Assembly: GCA_030295235.1 (NCBI GenBank)
Contig: AP026180.1
Span: 62,001 to 126,000, forward strand
Reading direction: 5' to 3'
Origin: Fistulifera solaris
Taxonomy: Eukaryota
Length of the DNA stretch: 64,000 nucleotides
Both the position numbers and the translations under genes were made by a program. This document shows, one piece after another, positions 40,746 through 54,611 of this stretch; the first letter of the stretch is position 1; every line of letters begins with the position of its first letter. Below the pieces are notes generated by a model, which ran no database searches, had not been told where the DNA came from, and saw nothing but the letters and a program-made list of their open reading frames with translations.

Positions 40746-41856
40746 ATGACGATTCCCATCTATCCTGAGATTGTGATGCAACAAGATCTCGCGCCGGATC
40801 ATTTCGGTTCCGAAATTGATGATCTTTGTCAACAGATTCGTGATGCGACGAAAGGATGGTACGTGCGTGTTGGTTATTGGCTTCAAATTATGATCGTTTC
40901 GACCAGAGATCCGCGTGTTCTATTGCTTTTTTCTTTTCTCACACACTCATTCACACACTAACAGGGGCGCCAACAAACAAAAAGTAATTGATGCACTCGC
41001 GACGCAAGATTCGACCAAACGTTACATGATCTCGTTGCGGTATCCGGAATTATTCAAAACACCGCTCGATGAATTGATGAAGAAAGAATTCAGTGGCGAT
41101 TTCGGTCTAGCTCTCAAATTTTTGGCGCTGCCGATGCATCAGGCGGAAGCCGCCATGATTCGGAAGGCCACCAAGGGCATCGGGGCGAATGTCAACATTG
41201 TCTGGAGTATCCTGGTCGGACGCACCAACGCGGAAGTCGAATTGCTCAAAAAGACGTACTACAAAAAGTACGACAAGGATTTGGGAAAATTGTTGGCTTC
41301 GGAATTACACGGTGACATGGAACGTTTGATCTTCAATTGTTTGCAGGCGGCAGAAGAAGAATACGATCCCAAATATCACAATATCGATAAAGCCAAGGAA
41401 GATGCCGACATTATTCACAAAAAAGGACAAGGAAAATTCTTTGGAACTGACGAAAAGACCATCTTCAAAGTATTGTGTGCCGCCCCGCCGCAACACATTG
41501 AAAATATTTCGAAAGAATACGCCGACAAGTACGGATACACGTTGATGAAAGCGATGGAAAAGGAATTGGGCGGAGAAGTACGCAGCGCGTGTCTGCATAT
41601 GCTCGGAATGAAACTCAAGCCGTTCGAGACCATGGCCAAACTCATCAAAGAAGCCTGTGCGGGATTTGGTACCGACGAACTGTTGTTGGCGTGTACGATC
41701 ATTCGTTGTCAAGCTATTTTGGGACAGGTGCAGTCGGCGCACATTGAATTGTACAGCAAGACCATTCACGATCGTGTGCGCAAAGAAGTGGGTGGAAAGT
41801 TCAAGACATTGTTGTTGCAAGTTTTGAACGCTTCTTGGCCGGAAGAAGGTGCATAA
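40746..41856 (+). CDS. Annexin
   Basis: IRDATKGW, intron 40859..40964, GANK; KEFSGDFG, ATKGIGAN, SELHGD, GTDEK, KELGG, GFGTDE, KEVGGKFK repeat motifs. Confidence 0.93.
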
Positions 41857-41940
41857 TAGATGTGGATGGTTGTGATGCTGTCTCAGTTAACGTATTCTTC
41901 GTAATAAGTTGATCTATAAAACTTGATTTGTTTGCTTTCT

Positions 41941-42678
41941 TTATTGTGAAAAATACAAATGTATATTGTACATGGCGAGAATGCAAACGGTGGATACCAA
42001 TCCGTATCGTTTGATACCAATCGGTGTTGCTTCCAAGGGATCCTTTGCTGAAATAATAGGGGACGCTGCACCCTCTTTTTTGTGCTTATTCGATCGACCA
42101 AAGAATCTTTTGGATGGCAAATTTCGTTGCTTTTCTGATAATTGAGTACATTGCATCAATGATTGTAAAGATTGGGATATTAACGAAGGAACCCAGGAGG
42201 AATGAATCGACATTTTGGAGGGCATCCACGTCGAAACAGTCTGATCGACCACCAAAGAGACATGCGTCACCGTGTCCAATGACTGCACACGCCAAACTCC
42301 GATCCATTCGTTGTTGTCTTTCGCTTGCAACGACAGCGTTTGCTGTGTAGGATCGTACGTATATTGCACCTTTCCGCGCCACGTACGAAACCACCACGAT
42401 TCCAACGTCATGAGTACATCGTAGACTTCGACAGTTTTCTTGCGGCGCGAAGATCGATCCAGCAAACAATCCCACACAATCGAGGAAGCCAGGGGAATGT
42501 CTTGAACGAAAATACCCCGTACCGTATGGTCTAAGACGCGGTAGCTTTGGTAGAATCCTGTTCGAGATAATTGTTGCAAGGCTTCCGGATCGAGTATCTC
42601 GAAAGGCTGCGACAATGATGATTCGAAGGAGTGTATTTGAGACAAGAGGACAAGGAGAAGGAGATAAAGATGTCTCAT
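41941..42678 (-). CDS. Hypothetical protein with signal peptide and C-terminal TM, possibly START/polyketide-cyclase-like fold
   Basis: MRHLYLLLLVLLSQIHS signal. IVWDCLLD, G.WRVQ, W.P motifs. C-terminal RYGLVSTVCILAMYNIHLYF. Confidence 0.5.
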   Translation of the reverse strand: MRHLYLLLLVLLSQIHSFESSLSQPFEILDPEALQQLSRTGFYQSYRVLDHTVRGIFVQDIPLASSIVWDCLLDRSSRRKKTVEVYDVLMTLESWWFRTWRGKVQYTYDPTQQTLSLQAKDNNEWIGVWRVQSLDTVTHVSLVVDQTVSTWMPSKMSIHSSWVPSLISQSLQSLMQCTQLSEKQRNLPSKRFFGRSNKHKKEGAASPIISAKDPLEATPIGIKRYGLVSTVCILAMYNIHLYFSQ

Positions 42679-42989
42679 GGTGGCTATAATTATGATTTGA
42701 TATCGTAATGAACCGCAATGCGCATTGCGCATCAAATGTCAAAATAAGGCGGTCGCCAGAAAAACGCGTCGATCATCCCTCCTGACTCAATCATAATCAA
42801 ATCAGTCACGACCGGATCGGAGGGTTTATAAAAAACGCCGCAGCAGCGCACACAATAGTCTAACCCGACGTAAACTCTTAGTCTTATATCCGCGTCTTCA
42901 TCAGTCACCAGTATTCGGATTCTCACTATACAGATATCTTCAGCTTCATCAGCAACGCAGGCATTAAATCTTATCCGCAGCCTTTTCAG

Positions 42990-43300
42990 CTTTGACTATG
43001 GGACAAAGTATATGTCGTCCGGATTTCGCCACGACTGCACTTCGGTCATGAGTTTCGTCGAGCTCGTCCAATACCGTGCTATTCCCCATTTCCAATTGCG
43101 CTGCAAAACTGCTAAGCAACTGCGTCTTCATAATGATGCGTTGATCTCCGGCATTTTGAAATCGATTTTCACTTGAATAATCCTTCTTTCGCTGTAGACT
43201 GTTTTTAGTATAGAATCGACGTGTAGATTACTTTTTTCATGATTGCAATTGAGTCATGAGTTACACTTTTGTTCAGTGTAAATTCATCACGTCGTTTTCC
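42990..43300 (-). repeat. Two degenerate reverse-orientation hairpin-core units; a third lies at 44450..44552
   Basis: gactatgggacaaagt...tttcgccacgactgcacttcggtcatga is the reverse complement of the 14.8-kb unit. 43238 catgattgcaattgagtcatgagttacacttttgttca...cacgtcgtttt matches 44488 tacgactgcagttcagtcatgaggtgcacttttgttca...cacgtcgttt. Confidence 0.7.
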
Positions 43301-43334
43301 GTGTACATGGTGTAATGACGATCAAATCCCAGCT

Positions 43335-44315
43335 GTAGTTCAGAATCATCATTGTTGCGACTTTATTTACCCGTAATTTCAATTATATTTGCAGTTGAAT
43401 GACAGTGGACGGATGCGAGAGACGCAAAACGGAACCCTTTGTTGTTTGGTTCATGACTACGGTAAAATACAGTCTTGGCTAGCGTAAACCAACACTCCGT
43501 TGGATAGTAAAAATCATGGAGTCGATCCTCGGATTTTCTACGTGAAAATAGAAGAAAGTCTTAACAAATAGTTCAGAACCCTCATTGTTGCGACTTTATT
43601 TACCCGCAATTACCAGGTATAATTATATTCGCAGTTGAATGACAATGGACGGATGCGAGAGACGCAAAACGGAACTCTTTGTTGTTCCGTGTTCGGTTCA
43701 CGACCACTGTACAATCCAGTCTTGGCTGGCGTAAACCAACACTCCTTTGTATAGTAGAAATTCATGGTGTCGATCCTCGGATTTTCTACGTGAAAATAGA
43801 AGAAAGTCTTAACAAATAGTTCAGAACCCTCATTGTTGCGACTTTATTTACCCGCAATTACCAGGTATAATTATATTCGCAGTTGAATGACAATGGACGG
43901 ATGCGAGAGACGCAAAACGGAACTCTTTGTTGTTCGGTGTTCGGTTCACGACCACTGTACAATCCAGTCTTGGCTGGCGTAAACCAACACTCCTTTGTAT
44001 AGTAGAAATTCATGGTGTCGATCCTCGGATTTTCTACGTGAAAACAAAAGAAACTTATAACAAGTAGTTCAGAATCATCATTGTTGCGACTTTATTTACC
44101 CGTAATTACCAGGTATAATTATATTCGCAGTTGAATGACAATGGACGGATGCGAGAAACGCAATACGGAACCCTTTGTTGTTCGGTGTTCGGTTCATGAC
44201 TACTGTACAATCCAGTCCTGGCTGGCGAAAACCAACACTCCGTTGTATAGTAAAAATTCATGGTGTCGATCCTCGGATTTTCGACGAAGGATTTCAAAGA
44301 ATAAAAAAAAACTAA
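43335..44315 (+). repeat. Tandem array of four 233-248-bp units (hairpin-core family, locus 4)
   Basis: tagttcagaa...cattgttgcgactttatttacccg at 43336, 43569, 43817, 44065. Units 2 and 3 are nearly identical. Confidence 0.95.
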
Positions 44316-44787
44316 CACAATCCTAAACATTTATTCCTAATTTCCTAAAGTCATGAAAGCTTTGATTGCCAAAAAGATATTGTCTCCCGCATCGGATCAT
44401 CGCATCCCGACGATAAAACTTTTCCGCCGTACAGGCGTCAGCGAAAATCGGTATTCAGTATAGGTTCGATGTGTATTCGACTTTTTTTACGACTGCAGTT
44501 CAGTCATGAGGTGCACTTTTGTTCACTTCAATTTTGGTCACGTCGTTTCCGCCTCAAATGAACGCGACGCGGCGAGCCGCGAGCCCATTTTTCTTTTGTC
44601 ATTCCTCGCATCATCCCATGTATTCATACATTCCTTTTCATCACAACTGACCTCACAACTCTGCACTAAATTTTTTCATTCGCTCGTTATCCCGCTGAAG
44701 AACTGCATCCTTACTAGCGAGACCGATCTCTTGACGCGCCTACATTTCTTTGTACGACTCCTCGGAAGTATCTCCCACCACACACAA

Positions 44788-46399
44788 ATGCGCGTCGCCA
44801 TTGTTGGAGCTGGAGCCTCCGGCTTGCAATGCGCCCATTCTCTCTTGTCGTCCAAAGCGATAACGCCGGAACAACTGACCATATTAGAAGCTCGTGATCG
44901 TATTGGTGGACGAGTCCACACTCACGAGGGATACGATTTGGGGGCGGCGTGGGTGCACGGGACGGGAGCCGATTGGGGACGCCGCCATAACAACCATAAG
45001 AACGACTACTATCACAACAATCCCATGATGAAGTTGTTACAGAAAACAACACCGGTCGGTGCTCTCGCCGATCAGCATCATTTGCGTTGTGTCTGTAATG
45101 GCAATCCTTGGATGCGTCCGCAATCAGTGCTGCATCAAGCCTCACAAATTCAGTTGTATCAAAATGGCGATCCCATCGATCCTGCGGATCCTGTCATACC
45201 GGCTTCGTTGCGTGAACATTACACTCGCTTGGAACAAGTCACCAAGTACGGGAATCAATTGTATGCCCAGGGGCGTGGCTTGGAGACGGCGCATGTGTCA
45301 TTGCAAGAGGCGCTGCATCAGGAGGGCGGTCCCATTCAACACTCTTTGACACTGTTTTATCAGCACTTACTCGAATGCTGGTACGGAGCAGCCGCATCCG
45401 AATTGCAGTTGTGTGAGTTTATTGACGAGCAGAAAGACGAGGACGAAGAAGAACACAGAGGTGACGGTGATGATGACCATTATCAATGGGATGCAACGTA
45501 CAGCCCCGAAGGAGATTTTTACGGACCGCACTGCACACTCCAGCGCGGTATGATCAGTGTACTGGAGCCACTGTTGTGTGACGGCGTACAAGAACGCGTG
45601 CGTTTAGAAGAGCCCGTCATCCGTTTGTCGCACACGGAGAACGATACGATTTTGCTAGAGACGCAACGAGGAAGTCTATTCGAAGCCGATTGCTGTGTCT
45701 TGACCATGCCCGCAGGATGTCTCCGCGACGCCTTGCAGCAAGGCAACTTTTTACGACCCCCTTGTCTTTAGAGAAACAAGAAGCTATTGAATTCTTACAA
45801 ATGGGAACCTACAAAAAGTCATGATGACGTTTGATCACATCTTTTGGCCGACGGAACCCGCTTTCCTCGGTATGGTTCGTTCCCTCGAGGCGTCTGAGCG
45901 CAGCAAAAATTTGGGGCCATCGCTGCTGTTGGACAATTTGTGGGCTAGCCAAGGCAAGCCTTGCATTGAAGCCGTTCTTTTCGGTCACGACGGAACTTGG
46001 GCCACGGGGAAATCCGATGAAGTGATACGTGATGCCGTCCTCGACTTTATGGAAGAAGCCATGGGGAAATCGGATCTGCGCTCACATTGCATCGACTGCC
46101 ATATCACTCGGTGGGAAGAAGATCCGTACAGTCGAGGTGCCTATTCGTCAATGAAACTGGGTTGCTTGTTGCGTCACGCCGAAGAATTGCGACAACCGGA
46201 ATGGAACGGGCGTTTGATTTTCAGCGGGGAAGCGACTATTTCCGAGTTTGAAGGGAGCGTCCACGCTGCTTTGTTCAGTGGTATGAATGCCAAGGACATT
46301 GTACTCCGGCTTCTGGAACGAGAAGAGGGAGCCACACCTGCCAAGGTCGCCGATCAGCCGTCGAACTCCTCTGATCCTCAAATTTTGTCGATTGCTTGA
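44788..46399 (+). CDS. Flavin-containing amine oxidase (polyamine oxidase/LSD1-like family)
   Basis: MRVAIVGAGASGL, LEARDRIGGR, DLGAAWVHG, TRWEEDPYSRGAYS, LIFSGEAT, GSVHAALFSG. Indel(s) at ~45750-45820. Confidence 0.9.
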
Positions 46400-46870
46400 A
46401 CTATGGACATGTACTCTACCATGAGTTTCAATTTGTAATTGGATCAAGGAGAGGAATCTGTATACATATTGTCACAGATATAATAAAGATAGAGAAGAAT
46501 CTTAGTTTTTAGTTGCACCGGTCCTGTAAATGAAACAGAAAAATTCAGTCCCAGAAACTTGCGGCGTCTTCTCATTCAGTTCGCCGCGCGACTGTATTTC
46601 TTTATTATATTGTGAAGAATACTTTCGAACAAAGAAACGAGTATTTATTTGCATCATGCAAATGAGCTTCTTGCACTGAAGGAGGAAGAAGCAACCAAGA
46701 ACTCTTTTCCATTCGCTCATTAAGCGATCGCATAAAACAAACGTAACCTTATCGTGCAGCTTTAAGCATCAACAACAATTATCATCACCTCGTTCCTTCG
46801 AAATCTTTCCGCATTTGGCCTTGCTGCGAAGCTATTCTCTCCAAGAATCCGATCCTTTACGACATCAACC

Positions 46871-47718
46871 ATGACTACTACTCCATCTATGACGTTCCCC
46901 AACATTCGCGTCGTTCCGAATGAGAAATTGTACGTGAGTGAACCACCTCCTTACATGTTTGGGAATCCAGGAAATCCAGGTTTCAATCCGACGTGGACGA
47001 ACGACAATTGGTTGAAATCACGCTTTCATTTTTCCTTCGCCGAATATCACAATCCACGCAATTCGAACTTTGGAGTTCTCCGTGTTATGAACGATGATTT
47101 GGTGCAACCAGAACGCATGTTTGGGACTCATCCGCATCGTGATATGGAAATCATCACCTACATTGTCGATGGAGAATTGACCCATGAAGATAGCATGGGA
47201 ACGAAAGAAAGTCTGGGACGTGGGAGCATTCAATTCATGACGGCCGGAACGGGAGTGATGCATTCGGAAGCGAATGATGGTGAGAAGCCGTTGCGCTTTA
47301 TACAAACTTGGATTGTTCCTTCGGAAGAGGATTGACTCCGAATTACGGATCGTTTCGTGGTGATCCGGATCTTCGTCGGAACCAGTTACACCATTTGGTA
47401 TCGAATGTTAAGGATCCATCGGTCGCGACGCCAGTGCAAATCAATCAAGATCTGGACGGCTTTGTGTCAGAGTTAGAACAGGGCGAAAAACTGACGTACG
47501 ATTTGGCTCAAGGTCGTCAAGCTTATATGCTTTGTATTGAAGGTGGGGTTACTGTGAACGGCAAACAGCTGCACAAATACGATGCCTGTGAGATTACGGG
47601 TACTGGATCGGTAGAAATAGAAGCCACCGAAACGGAGGAAACGGAGCATGGAACCTTGGCGCACATTCTCTTGTTTGTCATGGCGGCCGTTCCAGGATCC
47701 GGGCGTTCTGATTTGTAA
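46871..47718 (+). CDS. Pirin-family cupin (YhhW/quercetin 2,3-dioxygenase-like)
   Basis: WLKSRFHFSFAEY, FGVLRVMNDD, FGTHPHRDMEIITY, HEDSMG, QFMTAGTGVMHSE, FIQTWIVP. Indel at ~47322. Confidence 0.92.
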
Positions 47719-47797
47719 TTAATTTGATACTTTGTTGTTCATTTTTAAACTTGCAGTATTCGTTTATGTTATCGGATTTTTTATATTGTCTATACAT

Positions 47798-48917
47798 TTA
47801 TATTTTCTGGTCAATGAGTAGTTGCTGAAATAGATCAGCAACCACATCCAGCGGCCCAGGTATGCACATGTGTAAACAGTCCTCAAAGGGATTAGTATGA
47901 GCATCCGGTCGATTGTACAGCATTCGCAAATCGAGAATCGGTATGGAGCGTTCACGCAAATAATGCATGGCAAACATATCCCGATCGTAGAATTCTCGGT
48001 AGTTGTACTTCCAAGTTAGATTGAGCTTGATTATTTCCAAAGCTGCTTCATCGGGCGACATGTCCAGTAAGGGCTCGTCAGAACAGCCGCCGGGTTGTTG
48101 CGTCTTGTAAATGAATTGCAACTGTGGATACCGTTCCAAGAGGAGAGGAACGACGGTTTGCAAAGTTTCGGGAAAGTTACCGTACACGTGCGGCCCCACG
48201 CCCCAAAGAACAATATCCGTAGAATCTTGATAACGATCTAAAATGGTGGTAATATTGTATCCGCGTTCTTTTTTTCGCGGCAACAGAAAATCGGATTGAA
48301 CAAACCGGAACTGAGCGACACACGGCGTATGAAACAAGGAATTCATGAGAGTCGATGCCAGTTGTTGGCCTGTCGAATCTCCCACAATCAATACACGCCG
48401 CTTCCCCCAGTAATTCACAAGTATAGGTAGCATTGAAGGGTTGTGTCAGAGATGGTGACGTCCACGTATAGTCGTCGGTAAAGTTGCGACGATCGTGACA
48501 AATACAACCGTGTCCTCCGGCTTGAGCGAGAAAACTCGTGTTTCCTGTATAATGCTGAGCCGCATTCTGTTCGAAATCCGTAGCACTTTGTGGCCAATTT
48601 TCAGTTCCGCATAACTCGGGGAGTAATTTATCGTTTCGATCCGATTTATCCCAGGGACAGCATATCGGATTATGAAACGCTTTCTTTGGTGTCCGTACCC
48701 AAACTCCTTCTAAAGGTGCATTGCAATACTGTTGCGTCGAGTCGCACACAAGTGTAACATTTGTTGAAAATTGTAGTGGAGATGATTCTTGATCGTTTTC
48801 ATCAGATATGATTATCTCTTCGTCGACCTCTTGCGCCTTGAAACGCAGTACGAGATAGTTCAACGATACTCCGAAAACGACTGCCACTAATGCGGCATGT
48901 CGAAATGTCACGTTCAT
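47798..48917 (-). CDS. Trichome-birefringence-like / PC-esterase (polysaccharide O-acetyltransferase-like) type II membrane protein
   Basis: N-terminal TM, C..LG, indel at ~48405, KRRVLIVGDSTGQQ; C-terminal RPDAH...DCLHMCIPGP. Confidence 0.8.
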
Positions 48918-49647
48918 GTTAAACAACAAGTTAGATTGTGCTTGTTATTTTTTCAAATTTACGTAAACACCACATGAATGATGAGCGGGTCATAATTATT
49001 CTTTCTCTCATGGTCGCAATAAAGTGGAGGGTGGAGGGAGAATTTGCACTTCCGACCGTGTCTTCGTACTGGTACTGAATTGCAGTGCCGTTCACGACTA
49101 AAAGAGTAGGCTTAATTGTAGTATTCAAAACCATACGCCTAATTATACAATGCCGCATGGAATGTCTTGGTATATGATTTCGAAAATTTTAGTTTCGTTT
49201 AATTAGACAAGTTTGACACCGCTTGTTCCTTCTTCACGTAGTTTACTACGCGACTTTAGTCGCTGATTGTCCGTTCAAATGACCCAACGCCACTGAAACA
49301 AACCGACATCTTGTTTTGAGCGTTCGATGCCGAACGAAAGGCCACGAATGCCGCGGCACCCGTCCTCACGTTGAATTGCTACGGACCGGCACTGGATGGC
49401 TTTGAAATTCGCCCTACTTTTCAAAACCGAGATCATTGAATTGGATCGAAACAAAATCAATTTTGGAACATCATTCGTTTCCTCCTCAAAAGCAACTCAT
49501 ACTTTGTCTCATCATCCAAGCTGGAATCTCTGCAGCTTGAAAGGATAAGTAGAAGCGTCTTATAAGTATCCGAACAGTCGTGCCCGCTTGTACGATTTGA
49601 TTTTATACGAACCTTGTTGAACAAACTGACATTAAGGGAACAAAACA

Positions 49648-50631
49648 ATGCCGAGAGGAAAAGCCAAGACAGAGGAAGATCCTGTTTCCGCAGAAGAAAC
49701 ACCCAAGGATGACAGCACAGAAGAGGAAAAGCGAAAGGCCGACGACGAGGACGATTCCGCTCCCGATGCGAAGAAAACAAAGACGGATGAGTCAAACGAA
49801 GAATCGGAGACGCCTGGTTTAGATCTCAACCCCGCCACTGAGCCAGAGCCCATTGCGGCCAGCACAGAGGGCACTACAATTTTCAATGATGCAGATGTGC
49901 TCAGCGGAAGAGGCGGCGGCACCAACGTTCATCCGGGCAATCGAACATTCCGTGACTTGATCAACCTGCACCGTCGCGCCTATTTGAAAGCTCGCAAGAA
50001 CGATAAGCCGGCAATCTCGCGTGCTATTGTACGCTCCATTCGCGAAACGAACGGACGTTTCCTCAAGAAAGACGAAAAGTCCGGTCTTTGGTACGAGATT
50101 GGCGATGACGCCGCCCGTGAAAAGACGAGTCAAGCCTTGCGCCAGCGTGCTCCGGAAATGAGAAAGCTCCTCTTTGATACGGAACGAGAGGAAGCTCGAG
50201 CGGCTGCCGAAGAACACATGCGACAGCATCGCATGATGATGATGCCGCCGGGTATGACTCCGGAGATGATGGCGAACATGCCCCCAATGCCCATGGGTCC
50301 GAACGGTATGCCCATGATGCCGAACCCGTTCTTTGCGCAAATGCAGGCTCAGCAAGGCAAGCAAGGAAACGGAAAGAATGAAGGTGGTGAGAATGGTCAG
50401 TTTCCCGCCATGCCTCCGTTCCCCATGTTCCCTTTTATGCCATTCCCACCGCCACCGGGTGTTGCCGTCCCTGGTGGTAAGTACCCTGTTTTGTGCACCA
50501 CTAAGTAGTTGTTCAGTTGTGAATCATCACTCTCACTTCTTTCTTTCATGTATTTAGCCCCACAACCTCCTACGCAGGAAGAAGAAAAGTCGGAAGAGAA
50601 GGAAGAAGCCAAAGAAGAATCTGAGGTTTAG
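49648..50631 (+). CDS. DUF6824-domain protein (diatom-expanded putative DNA-binding family) with Pro/Met-rich tail
   Basis: DVLSGRGGGTNVHPGNRTFR...GRFLK...WYEIGDDAAREKTSQALRQ. Intron 50477..50557. Confidence 0.85.
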
Positions 50632-51415
50632 ACTTTCTTGTGAAAGCAACGTGAGGTATCAAGTATCTTTCTGTGAACATTGATGGAAGTACTTTAGTGT
50701 GTCGTCAAAGTCGAATTCGACAAATATAATTTCTAGGAAACATTTGATTTGTGATCGTGTAGCATCTCTTGTTAGTCCGATCTTGTCCCTGGCTGTGCCG
50801 CAGATTGTGTTTATGCGATGAATGATCAAACAGAGTCTTTCTGGCTCAAATGCTAAGTTGCGCTTTGATCTTCAAAGGAACTAAAGCTCAATAGCGAGAC
50901 GGGGGAGTTCGCGAGTTGCGAGTCTCCTGACTCCTGACTCTCGAGCTCGAGTGGTTTACTAGACTACATATTATTTTCTACCCTTAGCTAAAGTCTAAAG
51001 TTGAGCTTTTGTGTTGAAATCTGACGTCACACGTCACTGTACAACGTTGTAGTACTAATTTTTTGAATTTTGAATTTTTTAGGAATATTGCCCCTACAAT
51101 AAAGGAGTTACTCGCCAGGACAACAGGTGTTTTATAAGGAACATATAATTAGTACGTTTGAATCACCAGGCGCGCTCAACCGTTACTGAGGCCCTAATCG
51201 CAAATTGTCACGCAATAGATTTATGTACTATTTCCTACTGTGAAACAAGAATAGATAGCAGATGGCGATGCAAGACAAGCCGCTAAACGTCGTCTCCATC
51301 TCACAACTTTGAGAAGGTGCAACTTTTTGTTGTTCATCAAGGAGAAAGACGAGTACACAGACAAAATTAAACAACTCCTGTACCTAATAATCTAGTCGAG
51401 TATCGATGTACCACG

Positions 51416-53866
51416 ATGGTGGAGTTAGAACAAGATTACCGAGCCGTAAGTTCCTTTGTTAATAAAATAGATTGCATCCCGAGTCTGTTGCTCACAAATG
51501 TCCCTGTAATGGCAACACAGTCTGTTCTTTTGCTTCGCATTCATTCGTTTCTTTCTACCTTGCGCAAAGAGTATTCAACTAATTTTGAGGACCTGTTCAA
51601 GGATGAAATCGCCAGTGAATCATATCGCGACGGCCTTGTTTTTCTCTCGTGCCTTTTAGGATGTATATTGTTTGTTTGGACGGTGGTACTGATAACTTTA
51701 AAATGCACGGGACATACTGTTGGATGTGCATCGGGAGCATTTCGACCTAAACACGAATTGAAAAAGAAGATCTTCCCGTTGAGAATACGGACTCGCACAA
51801 TTCAGACACCAGCTTCGATCACGACGACTCAATCTATGAAATTGCTTTCCGGCGGTCACAACTACCGTCAGGGGCTGCTGGTACAAATAATCACGACAAA
51901 AATGCGGATGAATCCGTGGGAAAAAGGAGTTTGGATACATCGATTCTTCTTCAACCTTCGAAGCGCGAACGAAGGACACAAAATGTGTTTTTGGCATTTG
52001 CCGTATTGACAATACTTTGTGCCCCGTTGGCCCACGTCTTCTTTTTTCTTACCTCTTAAAGAATCTTCAAGTGAAACATCAGTGTATGTCGTTGAAGCTC
52101 GCGATATTGTTGCGGAAGTCCAGCTATCGATCAATGCTATAGCAACAGGCTTGGCCAACTCATTGAAAATATTAGAAGATCTGCCTCGATCTGAAAATGA
52201 TATTTGCCCAGCAAGTGATCCTGCCGCCATCGAACAATTACTCAGCTTCAGTTTGGCGGCCATGATCGACGTCTACGAGAACGGCTCTCTATACCTTGGT
52301 GTCGAAGACAAAATTGACAATACTACAGAAGAAGTTGATACCTTCTTGGAATACATGAACGACGCTCTGGTTGTCACCGAAACTACCGCGGACACGGTGG
52401 ACGTGTATTTGTGGCTGGTGCCCGGTATTCTACTAAGTACGATCTGTGTCACTCTGGCCGTCGCTATTGGCACGGTATTTTCTTGGAGACGTGAATCGAG
52501 TCAGAGAATGCAGAACCTTCTGTCATATTTTGTGCTTCCATGTTTACTGACGGTTTCGCTGGCTTGTTGGTCGATCGCCATTGCGTCGGCAATGGGATCA
52601 GCCGTTGCAGCTGATGCATGTACGGCCGGAACATTGAATGGTTCACCAGCTACTACAATTCAAAATATACTCCTAGCAGAAGGTGTCGACACAACGAGTT
52701 TCTTGTCTCAGTTGATTCGCACCTACACAATGTCTTGTACCGGTAGTGATCCGACGGATATACTTGCATCTTATGGCATGAACACAACAGCCCTGTCTGA
52801 GGAAATATGGCAATATATCATTGCCGTGGATTCTATTGGGCGTGATGAACTGAATACTATGTGTGGTGCTAGCAAGAACATCACCACATTTCTTGAAAGC
52901 TTCCAGGATCTGGCCCAGCAGCTAGGGACTGTGAGTCGTTCTCTTGACAGCGCAAGTCTATCACTCTCATGCCCACGTATCAACGCAATCTACGAAGAAG
53001 CCGTCAACCAGACATTATGTATGCAATCCGCAGATTCTCTTGCGTACGGCTTCATTCTTTTTCTCATAATGGGCGTGACGACAATGGTTTTGATTTCTCT
53101 TCGAGCTTCTTGGGGACAAATCATTCTCGAAGACAAAATATACGAGGAACACGAGGTCGCTGAAAACATGATCGTCGACGAGCACGAAGAATATCTTCTA
53201 TACATCAGCCGATACAAACATGAATGGGAGGCTTATGATCAAGTAAATTGGCGACCCCAGCATCCGATGAGTCCACGGGTCGGCTCGATGGACTCCCCAT
53301 CCGTGACATCTTCCGCCACCCAGTCGGAATCAGATCCAAGCTCCGACAACCACCAAAGTGTAGCAAAACAGAAGAGCAGACGTGTCTTGTCACCCATTAG
53401 CGGGTTCAATCCCTACGAAATGGATCAGTGCTCTGTTTCTTCGCTAGGCTCAGGAAGAATATCGTTTCTTTCTCTGCAAGAGTCGCCCACGCAAGAAAAC
53501 CAATCATCTTTACGAGAATCTCGCAACCCAGACAATGACCGAGATTACGACGAAGAACGGGTCGACGAGGAACGTATTATTACCAGTACGGGTGAATCTA
53601 TGGAACTTCGACTTCCTTCCGCTCGTTACCTGTTTCGTCCGCGACCACGACCGGAACCGGATTATTACATCGAGTCTACACCTGGAGTGGTGAAATTCGT
53701 TCTCGAAGTAGAAGATACTTCACTGGTTCACGAGCGAGTGGATCAATTGTCGAGATCCCACCACAATCGTCCCTTGACACCAACACGATCCAAAGATCAG
53801 AAAGTGAAAGAGCTTGCTATGTTATTCGAATCATCGCCGGCAAATGATGACTTTTATGAATGTTGA
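51416..53866 (+). CDS. Multi-pass membrane protein with Cys-containing luminal loops (Tweety/prominin-like topology)
   Basis: About five hydrophobic helices, ADAC and CPRINAIY..AV...LC motifs, probable intron 51446..51520, Ser-rich tail. Indels at ~51760 and ~51990. Family assignment is inference. Confidence 0.55.
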
Positions 53867-54611
53867 TGAAGTCCAGAACAATTTCATCGCCACCTTTTGT
53901 AACTAAATTCAATAGACACTAATCAAATTTGCATTACTCCTGTGACTCCTTAGTCCGTAGTTGAGCGGATCAAAGAGATGAGATTGTTTGTAAGAAGCTA
54001 CGAGAGATTATGACTCTGCCCGTGTCGCTCTTTATGATGATGAATCTCTAGAATGATCCACCGAGAAGGTTCGCTCAAACTCGCTGAATACCGGGAAATA
54101 AGTTTTTCACAAACAAGTCTCGACAAACCCCACGGACTCAAAAACGTGTGTCTCCGACAAAGCATTCACTTTCTTCTGCAATTTCAACAGAGGGATTGAA
54201 TAAATGAAATTTCTCTTGCATGACAAGAAAGTATGGTTGTTTTTGTTGGATGATTCATCACACCGATTGGCGGCAGCAAGTGTTTCCAATACTTATGTCC
54301 GTATCCTCCTTCGCCGCCAACGGTCTCGTCCCACCGACCTCGTTCTGATGCAACATTTTGTAGCATAGCCACACGCGAGGCTCGTGTCGCGTATTGCTGA
54401 CGACAAATGCGGGCACAGTCGTGTCGAGTGCCGACCGCGTAGCCCAATTCCATTGTGGTGAAGTTGAAACACGACAAGGCGTTTGTCATGTATGAATCAA
54501 GACAAAAGGAAAGGATTTGTAGCGAGAATAGATAGTCGAGGCATTCTACAATCATCACAGCGAATAATATCATCTTTATGCATCTCTGTTTAGTCGAAAT
54601 AAAAGCCACCA

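Noticed and set aside
43335..44315. CRISPR-like interpretation of the tandem arrays (also 54.6-55.9 kb and 63-64 kb)
   Set aside because: Whole 210-250-bp units repeat with no unique spacers, there are no cas genes, and the context is eukaryotic.
11867..47718. Bacterial contamination suggested by Ddl-like, sarcosine oxidase, YbeY and pirin genes
   Set aside because: The Ddl-SET and sarcosine oxidase genes have spliceosomal introns, YbeY has a targeting presequence, and all are interleaved with core eukaryotic genes.
10762..48917. Polysaccharide-modification gene cluster (sulfotransferase, UAA transporter, SGNH, TBL-like)
   Set aside because: The genes are 8-17 kb apart and separated by unrelated genes, and these families are abundant in diatoms.
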